DNA from: Reclinomonas americana ATCC 50394
Taxonomy: Eukaryota
DNA: 36,284 bases
Direction: 5' to 3'
NCBI GenBank assembly: GCA_048213135.1
Contig: PS015096.1
Location: 132,165 to 168,448, forward strand
Shown: positions 12,801-25,700 of the stretch, piece by piece
How the letters are laid out: each line of letters opens with the position of its first letter
Position numbering within the stretch: the stretch's first letter is position 1
The notes under the pieces: model-generated
What the model was told of the DNA's origin: nothing
The model's database searches: none
The model's input: the letters and a program-made list of their open reading frames with translations, nothing else
Program-made: the position numbers and the translations under genes

Positions 12801-15800
12801 CTCGCCGCCGACGTTGCCGACCTTGCGCAGATTCTTCCACGCCATGGCGACGCTACGGGCACGCTTCTGCTTCTCTGTCAGCTCGCGACGCACAACGCCT
12901 NNNNNNNNNNNNNNNNNNNNNNNNNNNNNNNNNNNNNNNNNNNNNNNNNNNNNNNNNNNNNNNNNNNNNNNNNNNNNNNNNNNNNNNNNNNNNNNNNNNN
13001 NNNNNNNNNNNNNNNNNNNNNNNNNNNNNNNNNNNNNNNNNNNNNNNNNNNNNNNNNNNNNNNNNNNNNNNNNNNNNNNNNNNNNNNNNNNNNNNNNNNN
13101 NNNNNNNNNNNNNNNNNNNNNNNNNNNNNNNNNNNNNNNNNNNNNNNNNNNNNNNNNNNNNNNNNNNNNNNNNNNNNNNNNNNNNNNNNNNNNNNNNNNN
13201 NNNNNNNNNNNNNNNNNNNNNNNNNNNNNNNNNNNNNGGAGGGGCACACAAGCTGCCCACTTGCAACGCAACTTGAATCCGCCGCCTTGACCTGCGGGCC
13301 GATCAGACTGACCGGCATCACATTCAACAACTTGGCCATGAACGACACGCCATTGGCGCGCAGCTCAATAATGTCCTCCAAGAAGGCGTCGGCCTGGATG
13401 TCGGGGCGATGCGCGTCGCCCATCTCCTCAATCAGCGCGGTCGGCAACCACTCCATACCCACATCCTCCTGCACGTGTGTCACCACGCGTCAGAGACCTG
13501 CAACAATGTGACTCTGCGGACACTGTGTGTACCTCGCCCGAGGACTCCATGCCCTCCGAGAAGAGCTCCGATGCCAGCCACTCGGCGGCAACCTTCTCCT
13601 CGTCGCCAACACGGTTGCCGGAGACAAGCTTGCCCGCGCACTGTAGAGGCGTTCACGAAATAGCGACGATTAGGTGGAGCAAACAGCATGCGTCACAGTC
13701 GCGAATCGCACCTTGCCGCACACAAGAGCAATGCTGCGCAACAAGTCCACCATGGTCGACAGCGCACTCCACTTTTCGTCCACGTCGGCCGTGACCGTGC
13801 AGCTGCGCGATATGCAATGAGCAATCTCTCGCTATCCGATGCATGCATACATGCTCAGAGTGCGACACGCAACTGGAATCCCCAAGAGACCTCAGTAGCG
13901 CCCCAAGCACTTCCGCCGTCCATGCTAAAGTACGCCGAGTTACCCGACACCGAGATCGGCTCGGTGGGCACACGGCGGGTCTCCGAGAAGGGACCAGCGA
14001 GAATCTTGGTGCACGAAGCGTCCGCGTACACCGTCAGAGTCATGCTGCAAGCGGAAAACCAATGAGTGTGAGCGAGCGAGAGAGGTAGAAAGACCTCACG
14101 ATCGCAGGAAGAACAAAGAGAAAGTACACGCACCCCATGGCAAACTCGGTGCGGTCGTCGAACTTGAGAAGCAGGCGACGCGCCTCGGTCAGCTGAACCA
14201 GTGTCTGGAAGGCCTGACCAGGGGTTCTGTAGCAAAATGTGAGCTTGTCGCGATCNNNNNNNNNNNNNNNNNNNNNNNNNNNNNNNNNNNNNNNNNNNNN
14301 NNNNNNNNNNNNNNNNNNNNNNNNNNNNNNNNNNNNNNNNNNNNNNNNNNNNNNNNNNNNNNNNNNNNNNNNNNNNNNNNNNNNNNNNNNNNNNNNNNNN
14401 NNNNNNNNNNNNNNNNNNNNNNNNNNNNNNNNNNNNNNNNNNNNNNNNNNNNNNNNNNNNNNNNNNNNNNNNNNNNNNNNNNNNNNNNNNNNNNNNNNNN
14501 NNNNNNNNNNNNNNNNNNNNNNNNNNNNNNNNNNNNNNNNNNNNNNNNNNNNNNNNNNNNNNNNNNNNNNNNNNNNNNNNNNNNNNNNNNNNNNNNNNNN
14601 NNNNNNNNNNNNNNNNNNNNNNNNNNNNNNNNNNNNNNNNNNNNNNNNNNNNNNNNNNNNNNNNNNNNNNNNNNNNNNNNNNNNNNNNNNNNNNNNNNNN
14701 NNNNNNNNNNNNNNNNNNNNNNNNNNNNNNNNNNNNNNNNNNNNNNNNNNNNNNNNNNNNNNNNNNNNNNNNNNNNNNNNNNNNNNNNNNNNNNNNNNNN
14801 NNNNNNNNNNNNNNNNNNNNNNNNNNNNNNNNNNNNNNNNNNNNNNNNNNNNNNNNNNNNNNNNNNNNNNNNNNNNNNNNNNNNNNNNNNNNNNNNNNNN
14901 NNNNNNNNNNNNNNNNNNNNNNNNNNNNNNNNNNNNNNNNNNNNNNNNNNNNNNNNNNNNNNNNNNNNNNNNNNNNNNNNNNNNNNNNNAGGCAAGTGGC
15001 GATCAACACACAAAAAAACACGCAACGGGTGAGGGCTCTCGGCAATCTTGAAACGTGCAATCTGGTCGACATCGTCGTCCGACTGCTTGATCAGGCGCTC
15101 CTGGCCTTGCAGCGTCGACGGGATCAGCGAACCCAGGCGATCGGCGCTTTGCAGCAGGCCAATGAGCGACATCAGCACACTGCCGCAGTAGGCAACGTCG
15201 ACCGGCAGCGCATAGATCGCCGTGCAGAACGACGGCAGCAGGGTGGCCGCCGTGGACGACGAGATGCGAGCCTCGACCTGGACGCATTGAGTGGTTGTGA
15301 GACAACGGGCGCAAGCAAAAAAAAAAAAACGACAACAAACAAACACGACGCACATGCTCGTGCTTGTCGGGGTTCTCGCCGAGGTAGGAAATGGCGTGAC
15401 GCATGAAACTCTCGGCGGCGCTAAACAGCTTCACCGAGTACTGAATCAAGAAGGCATCGTTGATCTCCGGCAGCGGCACATCCAGGTCCTTGCGCAGAAT
15501 AATGTCGCGCAGGTTATTCACGTTGGTGAGCAGCTGAGAGGCGAGGGGGAAAACAAAAGTGAGATCGATCATCGACCGAGCGAGTGGAGCCAAACAACTT
15601 CCCCGCCCACCTTGCTTGTCAGCGCCTTTTGCAGCGCAACAATCACACGGCGCACGGCGCCAAACATAATCACGCGCTTGTCGTCACCGAGGGAGGCCGC
15701 ATCCACTGTCAGTGTGCGCTGATCATCCTCGCAGCACAGCTGCAGCAACGTGCCAACAATGGCTGCACGGTGCGCGGAGGGAAAACGGGGCGAGTGAGGG

Positions 15801-17674
15801 GCACTCCACATGCAAAAACAGACCCTCGCTCACAAATCGGGGCGCGCAACGATGAATGGTCGCCGTGGCCTCGTCGTAGAGCGACGGCAGGAAGAAGATG
15901 CCAGAGGCCGGCTGTTGCAGCTTCTCCAGCAAGTGCATGAGCAGTGCAGCGCGCGGCGAGTCCTCAAACTCCACCGGCACGAGAATCTCTCGCACCAGCT
16001 CCTCGAGCAATTGACGCTGTGCATCGGCGGTGGGGTAGAACACCAGGAGACCAGACGCCAGCGCCTGCGNNNNNNNNNNNNNNNNNNNNNNNNNNNNNNN
16101 NNNNNNNNNNNNNNNNNNNNNNNNNNNNNNNNNNNNNNNNNNNNNNNNNNNNNNNNNNNNNNNNNNNNNNNNNNNNNNNNNNNNNNNNNNNNNNNNNNNN
16201 NNNNNNNNNNNNNNNNNNNNNNNNNNNNNNNNNNNNNNNNNNNNNNNNNNNNNNNNNNNNNNNNNNNNNNNNNNNNNNNNNNNNNNNNNNNNNNNNNNNN
16301 NNNNNNNNNNNNNNNNNNNNNNNNNNNNNNNNNNNNNNNNNNNNNNNNNNNNNNNNNNNNNNNNNNNNNNNNNNNNNNNNNNNNNNNNNNNNNNNNNNNN
16401 NNNNNNNNNNNNNNNNNNNNNNNNNNNNNNNNNNNNNNNNNNNNNNNNNNNNNNNNNNNNNNNNNNNNNNNNNNNNNNNNNNNNNNNNNNNNNNNNNNNN
16501 NNNNNNNNNNNNNNNNNNNNNCAGTTTACGTTTTACGCATTGGTGAGAGGGAGAAAAACAATGAATTGCGATCGACAAACCTCGCAGGCGCCGGTTTGCA
16601 CCAGAGAGCGGCAGCGGGCAGAGACACCGGCCGGCGTCTCACGCACCAAGTGAATCAGCTCCGTCTTCAGCGTCTTCAGCACCTCTGCAAATACGGAACA
16701 GACACGATTAGTGTCAAGACGGGAGCGGCAGCGGACGGCGAGACCACGCAACCGCTGTCGGGCTTCAAATCGCACTCGACCGCCGGATCCATCTTCCACT
16801 CGATCAAGTACGCCATGTTGGTACGCACAGCACGCAGCACGTACACCAAGGCGAACAACTCGACCAAATGGTCGTGGTCGTTGGTGGCAGTGGCGTACAC
16901 CTTGTGCAACTCGGTCAGCAGATGCGCCAGCGCGGCGAATGTGCCGGGGTTGAGGTCAACCACACACGGAATCGACAGTGTCGGGTTCGGCACAATGTCT
17001 TCCTGTGCAACCTCGTGTGCCGAGGCTGGGAGGGAACACGGCGGGTGAGCGGCTGAGGAGGAGAAAAAGGGGAGAAGAATGTGGTCGCCGCTCACCAAAG
17101 TTGTCCAGCTGGCCGACAATGTGAGCGAGCGCCACACGACGGCTGACAGGCTGATCGAGATCCTCCGGCAACGCCAACTCCGGACGAGACAGCAGGTGCT
17201 TGCCACGTGCCGGGAACTCGTCGAGATTGAGCTCGTTCCTGTCGCGAATCTCCGGAGCGCGACCCTTCATGCGGTACTTGGAGATCTTGCACAACTGCGG
17301 GCGCGCCGTCCAGANNNNNNNNNNNNNNNNNNNNGGAGTCAGAAGGCGGAGAAGAGAGGGAGACTTGTCTTTGCGCTTTTCCTCTTCATCGTGCATATAT
17401 TGTTCTTTCTTCCTGTGCACATCTCTCTCTGTCTCTCTGTCTCTCTCTCTCTCTCTCTCTCGCTCTGTGTGTGTGTGCGTGTGTGTGTGTGTGTGTGCGT
17501 GCGTGCGTGTGTGTGGATGCAGTTGTCGACAAACATTGATGAAAGTCGGAGAAAATAATGCATTGTGCACGTGTGCGCATTCTCACTCTCTCTTGTTCAA
17601 TGCTCGCTGTTCCCTTCAGTGTGGAGTCACTCACCGAGTTCCGAGAGCACCGCACTGGACTGATTCTGGCCCAT
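3810..17674 (-). CDS. Giant HECT-domain E3 ubiquitin ligase (HERC1/HERC2/HECTD4-like HECT), more than 30 exons, gapped
   Basis: Spliced C-terminus: GEGSVDVGGPYRESITLACGDL...PLFVQCPNGR...WVPNP...FKFVGTMMGISLR...LFSWSEMELMICGKPDVDV...LRFVWGRNRMP...LPVAHTCFFSLDLP, catalytic Cys codon 3951-3953, stop TAA 3810-3812. Upstream exons stay in frame across GT-AG introns to at least 17313. Putative first exon 17674-17635 (MGQNQSSAVLSEL, then GTGAGT). Two beta-sandwich-like repeats ending WG[FY] near 13870-15040 and 8170-8420. Confidence 0.85.
6284..6953 (+). CDS. SPRY/B30.2-domain exons, probably part of the HECT gene on a flipped contig
   Basis: TVGMALDLDNRKMYFTINGE...GVHPAVC...KINWGARKFK/YPIPDGYLPI is a SPRY C-terminal signature. 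Intron 6477-6546. Contig 6284-7020 is flanked by gaps inside the minus-strand HECT gene. Confidence 0.7.
17422..17513. repeat. Compound (CT)n/(TG)n microsatellite in the putative first intron of the HECT gene
   Basis: Visible dinucleotide runs. Confidence 0.85.
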
Positions 17675-18299
17675 GAGTGGTGGCTATTTCTGCACTTTTG
17701 TTTGCCAACGGCCTCCGACTGGCAACACGCAAGGGTGAGCAAGACGAGCAGTGGAGAGGAGGAGGAGACTGCATGCAAGAGGAGTCGGGGGAGGAATGGG
17801 GGGAAAGGGGGAGAGAGAACACGTGCGACATTGTCTGCACATGACGCACACAAACACAATGCACACGTGTGCGCGCACGCATTCTCACTTGTGCACAAAG
17901 GAGAGTGTGTGTGCGTGTGCGTGTGCAGCGTGAGGGAAGGTGCGAGGATGCGGGTGACAACTCTCATGACTGCGGAGAAATACGGACATGCGCACGACGA
18001 CAATCATTGCTCTTACCCACCTCCAAGTCGGTTTTTGGGTCGAGCTTGGAAATTCACGAGCCCTCAACTGTAAAAGCATATTGCCTTTGAGGAAACGCCG
18101 AGTACAGGGCATGAAGAGAAGGGTGCACTTCTGCATTCACAAGCTCCATTCCTTGCTGACCATTTGATCGTGGATGGAACATGTGCAAGTACTATCGCGT
18201 CTCCTCGCTGCATCTCTTGATCAGGAGGTGTGCACCGGCTTTCTCCATGTTCCTCTGTGCCTTTCCTCTTCAGCATCTCCTCATTCTTCGTGAACTTCA

Positions 18300-18565
18300 T
18301 CTCCTCTTGTTATTGTTCTTCTTCTCTTCTCCTTGTGCGTTTCTTGCTCTTCTTCTTCTTCTTCTTCTTCTTCTCTCCCTTCTTCTTCCCTCTTGTTCTT
18401 CCTAAACTACTTCTATTCCCTCCTCCTCCTCCTCCTCCCTCTTCTTCGTCTTCTCCTTCTTCTGCTTCTTCACCTCCTCCCTTCTCCTCCTCCTTCTTCT
18501 CCCTCTCCCCTCTCCTCCTCCCTCCTTCTCTCCCCCTCCCCCCTCACCCTCCTTCTCCTTCTCTA
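18300..18565. repeat. Polypyrimidine/polypurine low-complexity tract (CTT/CCT repeats)
   Basis: Almost entirely C/T on the + strand, downstream of the uL22 stop. Confidence 0.85.
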
Positions 18566-18636
18566 TTCACCATTCATTGCTACTGCCGTTCCCTGCACGC
18601 AGAACGACGACTCGCACGCACATTATCACGCAGCCA

Positions 18637-19479
18637 CTATTGCGGAGGTGATGCTGCCTGCTGCTGTTGTTGCTGCTCCTGCTGCTGCTTCCACGGACTG
18701 ATCCATCGACGCGGCGTTCTCCGCTCCTCGGCACGATGCTGACGACCGTACCGATCCACGCGCTTCCCGCTAAAGATGAGCTCACGATCCACGTCCTCCA
18801 CTTGCCGCAACACCACCGTCAGGTGCGCGTACTGGCGCAAACGGATGCCGTGTCGGCCGCGCGAGTGCGGCTGCATGCGCTTCTGGAAGGTGCCCTTGCC
18901 GACAAATGCCTGGTGCACCACCAAACGCTGCGGGTCGAGCTTGTGGTTGCGCTCGGCGTTGGCCATGGCCGAGCGCACTGCACGCCCCAGATCCTCCGCA
19001 CAGCGCTTCTCGCAAAAGTGCAGCTGTGCAAGCGCCTCATTGACCTGCAAAGCAATGAGTGAGCGAGTGAGACGCACAAAGAGATGTGTCACACACTCAT
19101 GCGCTTGCACACGCAACGTGCATGCCGCGAATCATCACACACGCCAAGTTGAGCTTCACGGGCGACACGTGAATGCCGCGCGCGTGTGCCACTGCCAGCG
19201 AGCCTCCCGCCTGCTGCTTGCCTTCTCTCGCTGCTGCAGGCTCCACTGCTGAAGGCACACTCAGTGTGTCAAGCAGACCACCACTGCCGCTGTTGGCGGT
19301 GGCGAAGAAGCGTTGTGATCCTGCGTGTGTGTGTGGAAGAGAGAGTGAGTGTGCGCGAGAGAGATGTGCAACTCGTTGTGAGCGACGAAACGAGCGACTG
19401 TTGCTGATGTGGCATTTGCTGCTAGTCTGCTGTAGCGCACGAGAAGCGCGGTTGTGATACCAGTGCGCGGCCACAACAT
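18637..19479 (-). CDS. MRPL22: Mitochondrial ribosomal protein uL22 (L22)
   Basis: Exons 19479-19392, 19320-19118, 19044-18637. Product has an Arg/Ser/Ala-rich, acid-free presequence (MLWPRTGITTALLVRYSRLAANATSATVARSQRFFATA), then AHARGIHVSPVKLNLACVMIRGMHVNEALAQL...SAMANAE...AFVGKG...RMQPHSRGRHGIRLRQYAHLTVVL, typical of bacterial-type L22. Confidence 0.9.
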
Positions 19480-19867
19480 CTGCTTTTGTGTTGTGAGTGG
19501 GTTGGTGCGACGTTGATGCGCAGGACACGTGGTGGACGATCAAATCACAACGACACGAAGCGGGCTGATGTGGTATAAAGGCAAGCAACGCGGATGCAGT
19601 GTATGCACCGGGCAACGCGATGCAGAAAAGATAAAAAACGCAACGAGGAGGACCGCTGTCGACGTTTCACGATGCCGCGTGTTCCCAGCTGCCTTCAGTC
19701 GCGCGCCACGCACACTTACAATCACACACAGATCATGCGCCGTCTCCACCATCCGCTCTGCTTCCCGCCCCGCGTCGTCCATTCCACATCCAACTCGACG
19801 TCGACCGGACAACTTTTTTCTCAAACCCGCCAGCTCGTGCGAGAGCAAGGCAGACGACACACCCACC

Positions 19868-22694
19868 ATGGAGGAACCCTCTGCTCCTACCCCACCCCCA
19901 CCACCACCCCCACCCCCACCAGCTCTTGCCACCTCAACAACGCAGAGACAACTCGACGTCGACAATCCACCTCCACAATCCATGGACGAAGACGCACCTC
20001 CAACAGCAGCATCCTCCTCACAACAACAACAACAACAACAGCAGCAGCCCGTAACACGTTCTGTAAACACCACTACTGTAATCGCCGCTGCAGCTGCCGC
20101 AGCCGCAGCAGCCGCCGCGGCTGCTGTCAGTGGCAACACTGATGAGGCACAGGTGTCGTGTTTTTTTCGCGCGCGCCTCTTTTTGTTCTTCCTCACACGC
20201 CGTCTATGAGTGTATGTGTGCTCACTGTGCTCACTATTGAACAGCTGAGTTCTCTGCTGGGCTCTGTTGTCAACGCGGCAGTGGCGGCCGCAGTCAACAA
20301 GGCGCCAGTGCGACAGAGTGAAGGTACGTGTGTGTATGTGCTTGTCAGAGAGAGAGCAGTGCGTGTGGGCACAGTGCGTCTTGTCTGTCGTCAGTGTCTC
20401 GATTCAGTCTGACCGCTGTGTGCGCGGGAATTGCAGATGCCGATGCGCCTTCGTTGGCGGCCGATGCTGTGACGGTGTGTTTTGTTTGTTTGTGTCTTGC
20501 TTGGTGCTTTGATGGCTGACTTGCGCTGTGTTGTGTGCAGCGTCGACGATTGTCCGAGTTGGTGCTTGGCTGTGCGATGATTGGTTGTGTGGCGCGTGTA
20601 ATTGCTTATCGTCTGTCTCTCTCTCCTTCTCCTATTGTGTGTGCTGCAGTCGGCTCTGTCGCGACAGGATCTGATGGCGGCGGCCATGGCGCGACGCGAG
20701 GGCGGTGCTGCCGCCGGTGGTGGTGGTGGTGCAAATCGATGGCGTCCGATCCGAACCGTTGAGGATGCAGAGGCCTGTGTTCGACAACTCATGCGATCGA
20801 CTCCTGCTGCTGCTTCTTCTGCTTCCAGTGCTGCTGCTGGTCAGCCGCCACCTCCGCCGCCGCCTCCTGCTCTCCCGTCCTCCTTGTCGTCTTCGCTGGA
20901 GGTGGGCGACAGTGGTTTGCCGGGCGACAATAGCAGCGGCGGCGGCGAGGGGCGACCGTGGGGTGTGCTGGTGCCGCAGTTTTCGCGTCCCACCGGCATT
21001 CCATCGGCATCGATTGTGCTACGCAACAGCAGTTTCTCTGTCGGGCGGGCGCGGCAGTGTGACCTGATGCTCCGCGATTCGCGCATGCCGATCAAGCCGC
21101 TCTGCTCCATCCATGTGTTGCACGGGCAGCCGCTGATGCGCTCCAACACCAATCGCACGCCTGTTCTGATCAACGGGCGCCAGCTGCGCAAGCAGCAGCA
21201 GTCGCCGCTGCACTCGGGCGACGAGATCAGTGTTCTGGGATCAACCGTCTATCAGTTTGTTGCGTGTTCATCTCTCACGCTTTCCTCCACTTCTTCTACT
21301 CTCCCTTGCCAAATGCATGCTTGTTGTAGATCTTTGTGCGCTACGACGACATACCCGCCTCCAAGCACACATCTCAGGCGACTGCCATCACTCCGCGAGT
21401 GACACCACTGGAGACCACCGAGGTGGCCACCGACACAACCATGTCTGCCGCACCAACTGCTGTCACCGTCGCCAGCGGCGAGGATACCGAGATGAGTGAG
21501 ACGACGACGGCATCAGAGAGTGTGCCAACTACAACACCACCAACAGCAGCAGCAGCACCTTCGACAAGCGTCGGGGAGCCGCTGACGCGCAAGCGTACCC
21601 TCGATGACATGCGTGGAGACATTGTCACCAAGGATGAGGTTTGGAGAGAATTCCACGCACCTCTTTCGACCGCACCCTCACTGTGACACTGTGCCCGGCA
21701 GTCGGAGTCGGCACTCAAACGCAGCAAGGCAGCAAGCACCGATTCACTGCTGGCCGACGACAAGGACGGTGAGTAGCCGCATCTTCATGAATGCACCCCT
21801 TTGCGGTTGTTAATTGACTGTTGCGTGTCGCAGAGAGTGGACTTGCCGGCAGTGGTGATGAGTTGTCGAGTGCTCTGGAGAGTGCCGTCGACGGCGGCGC
21901 TGTGGTGGAAGACGACGATTCTCGCCGCGAGGCTCTTGTTGCCGTGCGTACCATGCTTCACGAGGCCGTCACCCGTGCCACGGATCTCGGCGTGACACTC
22001 GACACCTTCCCGTATCATCTCTCGTTGCGTCGCTCCCACCAGAGCTTCGGCCTTGCTGAGGTAGGCAGAGAGGACTCACCGCACGTGCAGTCCGGCCGTT
22101 CGGGAAGAGCTTGTGCGATCCATGGGTCTGTACCTCGAGAACCCGCATGCAGCGCAGTACATCGAGCACCTGTCGTCAGTCAGTCAGCGCATTCTTCTGG
22201 TGTCGCCGAAAGGTTGAGTGTGACTGAGCGACGATAGATTGCGAAGGTTTCTCACTCTGTTGCTCGCTGCAGGAACCACACGCTACAACGAGCAGCTGTG
22301 CATGGCGCTGGCGCATCATTTTGGCGCCGACTTGTACCGGCTGGATGCTGTTTCCTCGCGCAGCATTGCCGATGAAATGGAGGAGCAGGAGGCCGGCGAG
22401 CGCCGAGGTTGGTGCACCAGCAATCGTCTGCACGCCAGCTCTACTGTTAATTAATGAGCTGCTCTTTGTCACCTCTTGCAGACGGCGGCTCCAACATCTC
22501 CGGCTCCCGCAGTGGCGCCAGCTGCCGCGTGGGCGCCAAGGTCGAGTTTGCTCGCACANNNNNNNNNNNNNNNNNNNNNNNNNNNNNNNNNNNNNNNNNN
22601 NNNNNNNNNNNNNNNNNNNNNNNNNNNNNNNNNNNNNNNNNNNNNNNNNNNNNNNNNNNNNNNNNNNNNNNNNNNNNNNNNNNNNNGGTGGTAC

Positions 22695-22770
<76 letters not shown>

Positions 22771-25700
22771 CTTTGCATATATATCGCTTCCTGCTTCTGA
22801 CACCTCGTCGTCGACACTGCAGTGGTGCGCATCCTGTTCCGCTTCAATGCCAACACGATTGGCGTGGAGTTTGACGAGCCGTTTGCGGGCGGTCACAACT
22901 TGGCTGGTCTCTGCGAACCTGGTCGCGGCTACTTTGTCAGCATGGCAGACCTCACGATTCTCGACCCCGGTCCAGAGCCCGCTGTCGGATCCAGCGCGGC
23001 TTCCGTCTCCGGCACATCGGACGATGAGGATGTGCCCATGATGAGTGGTGCCGGGTCGGAATCGACTGCTATCGGTCGTCTGGCGGCCAAGTTGCGAGAT
23101 GCTGTCCCCCCTGTTCACTGTATGTGTGTGTTTACTGACGATTATCGCGCAGGGTCGACGTGGAGAGTGGTGAGGCGTGGACGCGACCAGGAGATGGTCT
23201 ACCGACCGATCTCGCGGCATCGGATCGCTCGTCGGAGGTGCCAGGCGCGGGTATGTGGACGGCCGTCGTGATGCGGTCGGGTCCTCCGTCAACATCGCGT
23301 GCGTCATTTGGTTTGTTTGTTGTTTGCTCNNNNNNNNNNNNNNNNNNNNNNNNNNNNNNNNNNNNNNNNNNNNNNNNNNNNNNNNNNNNNNNNNNNNNNN
23401 NNNNNNNNNNNNNNNNNNNNNNNNNNNNNNNNNNNNNNNNNNNNNNNNNNNNNNNNNNNNNNNNNNNNNNNNNNNNNNNNNNNNNNNNNNNNNNTTCGCC
23501 CTCTTGGCGGTGTGCACTCCTCTGACTTGCGCGACAGACAAGAACATGCCACCGTCGCCGCCACGCCCGCCGCCAATGCCTCCATCTGCATCCTCCTCGT
23601 CCATGTCGGGCATGGGAGGCAGCGGCAGCAGCAACAGCAGTGCGCGACGCCGTGTGGTGATTAGTATGTACGACGCGTTGGCGGCAGCCGGTTCGCCAGT
23701 CATGCCACCACCGCCGCCGCCACCATCGATATCGTCGTCGTCTTCGTCGTCTTCGTCTGTGCATTCCGTTCGTATGATACCTGGTGCGTTGTTCTGTTCA
23801 TCGCACATGCTTGCCCTGTCGTCCACTCACCACTTGCGCAGCGTCTCGTTTGGCGATGCGTTCTTCGGGGAGCTCGAGTCGGTCGGAACTGGCATCGGCG
23901 GTGGCTTCCGACTCTGTCACCAAGACGGCGTTGCGGTAGTTGCGTACCTCTCCGACTGCATTGTCACGACCCAATTGGCTCACCTCCCTTGGCTGTACAC
24001 GCAGTCGTGCCTTCTTTGAGGAGATTGCGCGTCGACCAGCCGAGGAGAAGATTGTCGTGTACATACCGGCAGTGGACGAGATTCTGTCCACCACGCCGCA
24101 CTTCATGCGCGATCTCCGCGCTTTCATGTCCAAGATCCAAGGTCACCAAGTTTGCGTGATTGGTGAGTATGGGGTCGCGACTGCTGTGCCGTTCTTGTAT
24201 TCAGCGTCGCTCACGCTGTGTTGCAGCCTCCAAGGTGAACGACTTGGATCCGAGTTCTGCTCCGTCGTCGTCGCGGTCGCTGTCGTCGTTGCTTCTTGGC
24301 GGTCTCGGTGGTCCCGGTGGTCAATGTGCGTGATAATATGTGTGCCGCGTGCTTTGCTCTTCGCTCACTCCGCCGCAGTGTCGAGCGTCTTGGGCATTCC
24401 AGTTGAATCGTCGAGTTCGAGCAACGCTCTGGCAGTGACGGCATCTGTGGCAGGCGCGTACACGCTCCTCTTTCTGTTCAATCACCGTGTTACTAATATG
24501 GTGTCCATCTGTGTCGCAGTTCCGGAGCCACCTCGCGACGGTCGGCCGAGCAGTCGCATTGTGCAGCGCATTGCAGCCTCCAACGTGTCGTCCATGGTCA
24601 ACGATATGGAGTTGCGTGTGTTTGTGTCTGTGCGTGTACATTCCACTGTTGTGTCTGCCGCTCATCTGTTGCGGTCATCAGTGGCTTGATGCTGTTCGAG
24701 CGCAACACAATGGAGATGAAGCATTTGGTGGAGAATCTGTTCCCGCATCGCGTGGCCATCACCAAGCCAGCGCACTGGGCACAGGTTTGTGTGTCTTCTC
24801 ATATGCTTACTGCTGATGCAACTGTTGCTCAACGAATGACACTGGCACAGGCCGCCGAGTGGGACACACAGATGCAACGCGACACGGAGCTGGATCGGTG
24901 TCGTCGCAACGCAAATCTGTTCCAGTGGGTCATGGCACGCAATCGCATGCAGTGCATTTCGTTGCCGGAGGCACAGCTTCGAAAGGAGACCCTGAGCAAG
25001 TCCACAGTGGAAACCGTCTGCGCGTGGGCCCTCAGCACAGAGCTCTCCAAGTCCCACAAGGTTGAGGTGGCGACCGAGGAGCCTGCAAAGACAGTGGCGG
25101 AAGCAGAAGTCGCGCCCATGGAGACGGGTGACTCGGAGACTGCTGCAGTAACAACAACTACAACAACAACAACCACTGCAGCGGCAGGGGCGTCTGCCGA
25201 AGGGCCCGCGCCGGTGCGACAGCTGGTGCTGTCAGGCGAGAGTATGGTGGCCGCCATGAATCTGTACGACTCGTTGTTGCGCGAGCGCTCGCCACCAGTT
25301 TCGTGCACTGACCTTTCTCTCTTTATCTCAGTTGGTGTGAATGTTGTCTCGCCGCTCACGCCCTTTTTTGTGATGGCTTGCAGAAATCGCTGCAGGATGT
25401 GGAAACCTCGAACGAATTCGAGCAGCGGCTGCTGGCGGATGTGGTGATGGCTGACGACATTGGAGTGCACTTTGATGGTGTGTGGCGGGCATTCTGCTGA
25501 GATTCATGTCACTGCGCGCATTCTCACTTTGCTGTTGCAGACATTGGTGCTCTGGAGTCGACAAAGAATGCTCTGCGCGAGCTCGTCATGCTGCCACTGC
25601 AGCGACCGGAGCTCTTCCGGCGGTCGACACTGTCAAAGCCGGTGAAGGGTGTGCTGCTGTTTGGTCCGCCGGGTACGGGCAAGACCATGTTGGCCAAGGC

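Noticed and set aside
9536-16578. Long ORFs spanning N runs (also 34146-36284)
   Set aside because: Artefacts of translating gaps as X.
18064-18742. Phe/Ser/Pro-rich ORFs downstream of uL22, and poly-HT/CV ORFs elsewhere
   Set aside because: Translations of simple-sequence repeats.
23496-23826. Minus-strand acidic/Gly-rich ORF inside the AAA gene
   Set aside because: Antisense shadow of a Pro/Ser-rich + strand exon that has proper splice signals.
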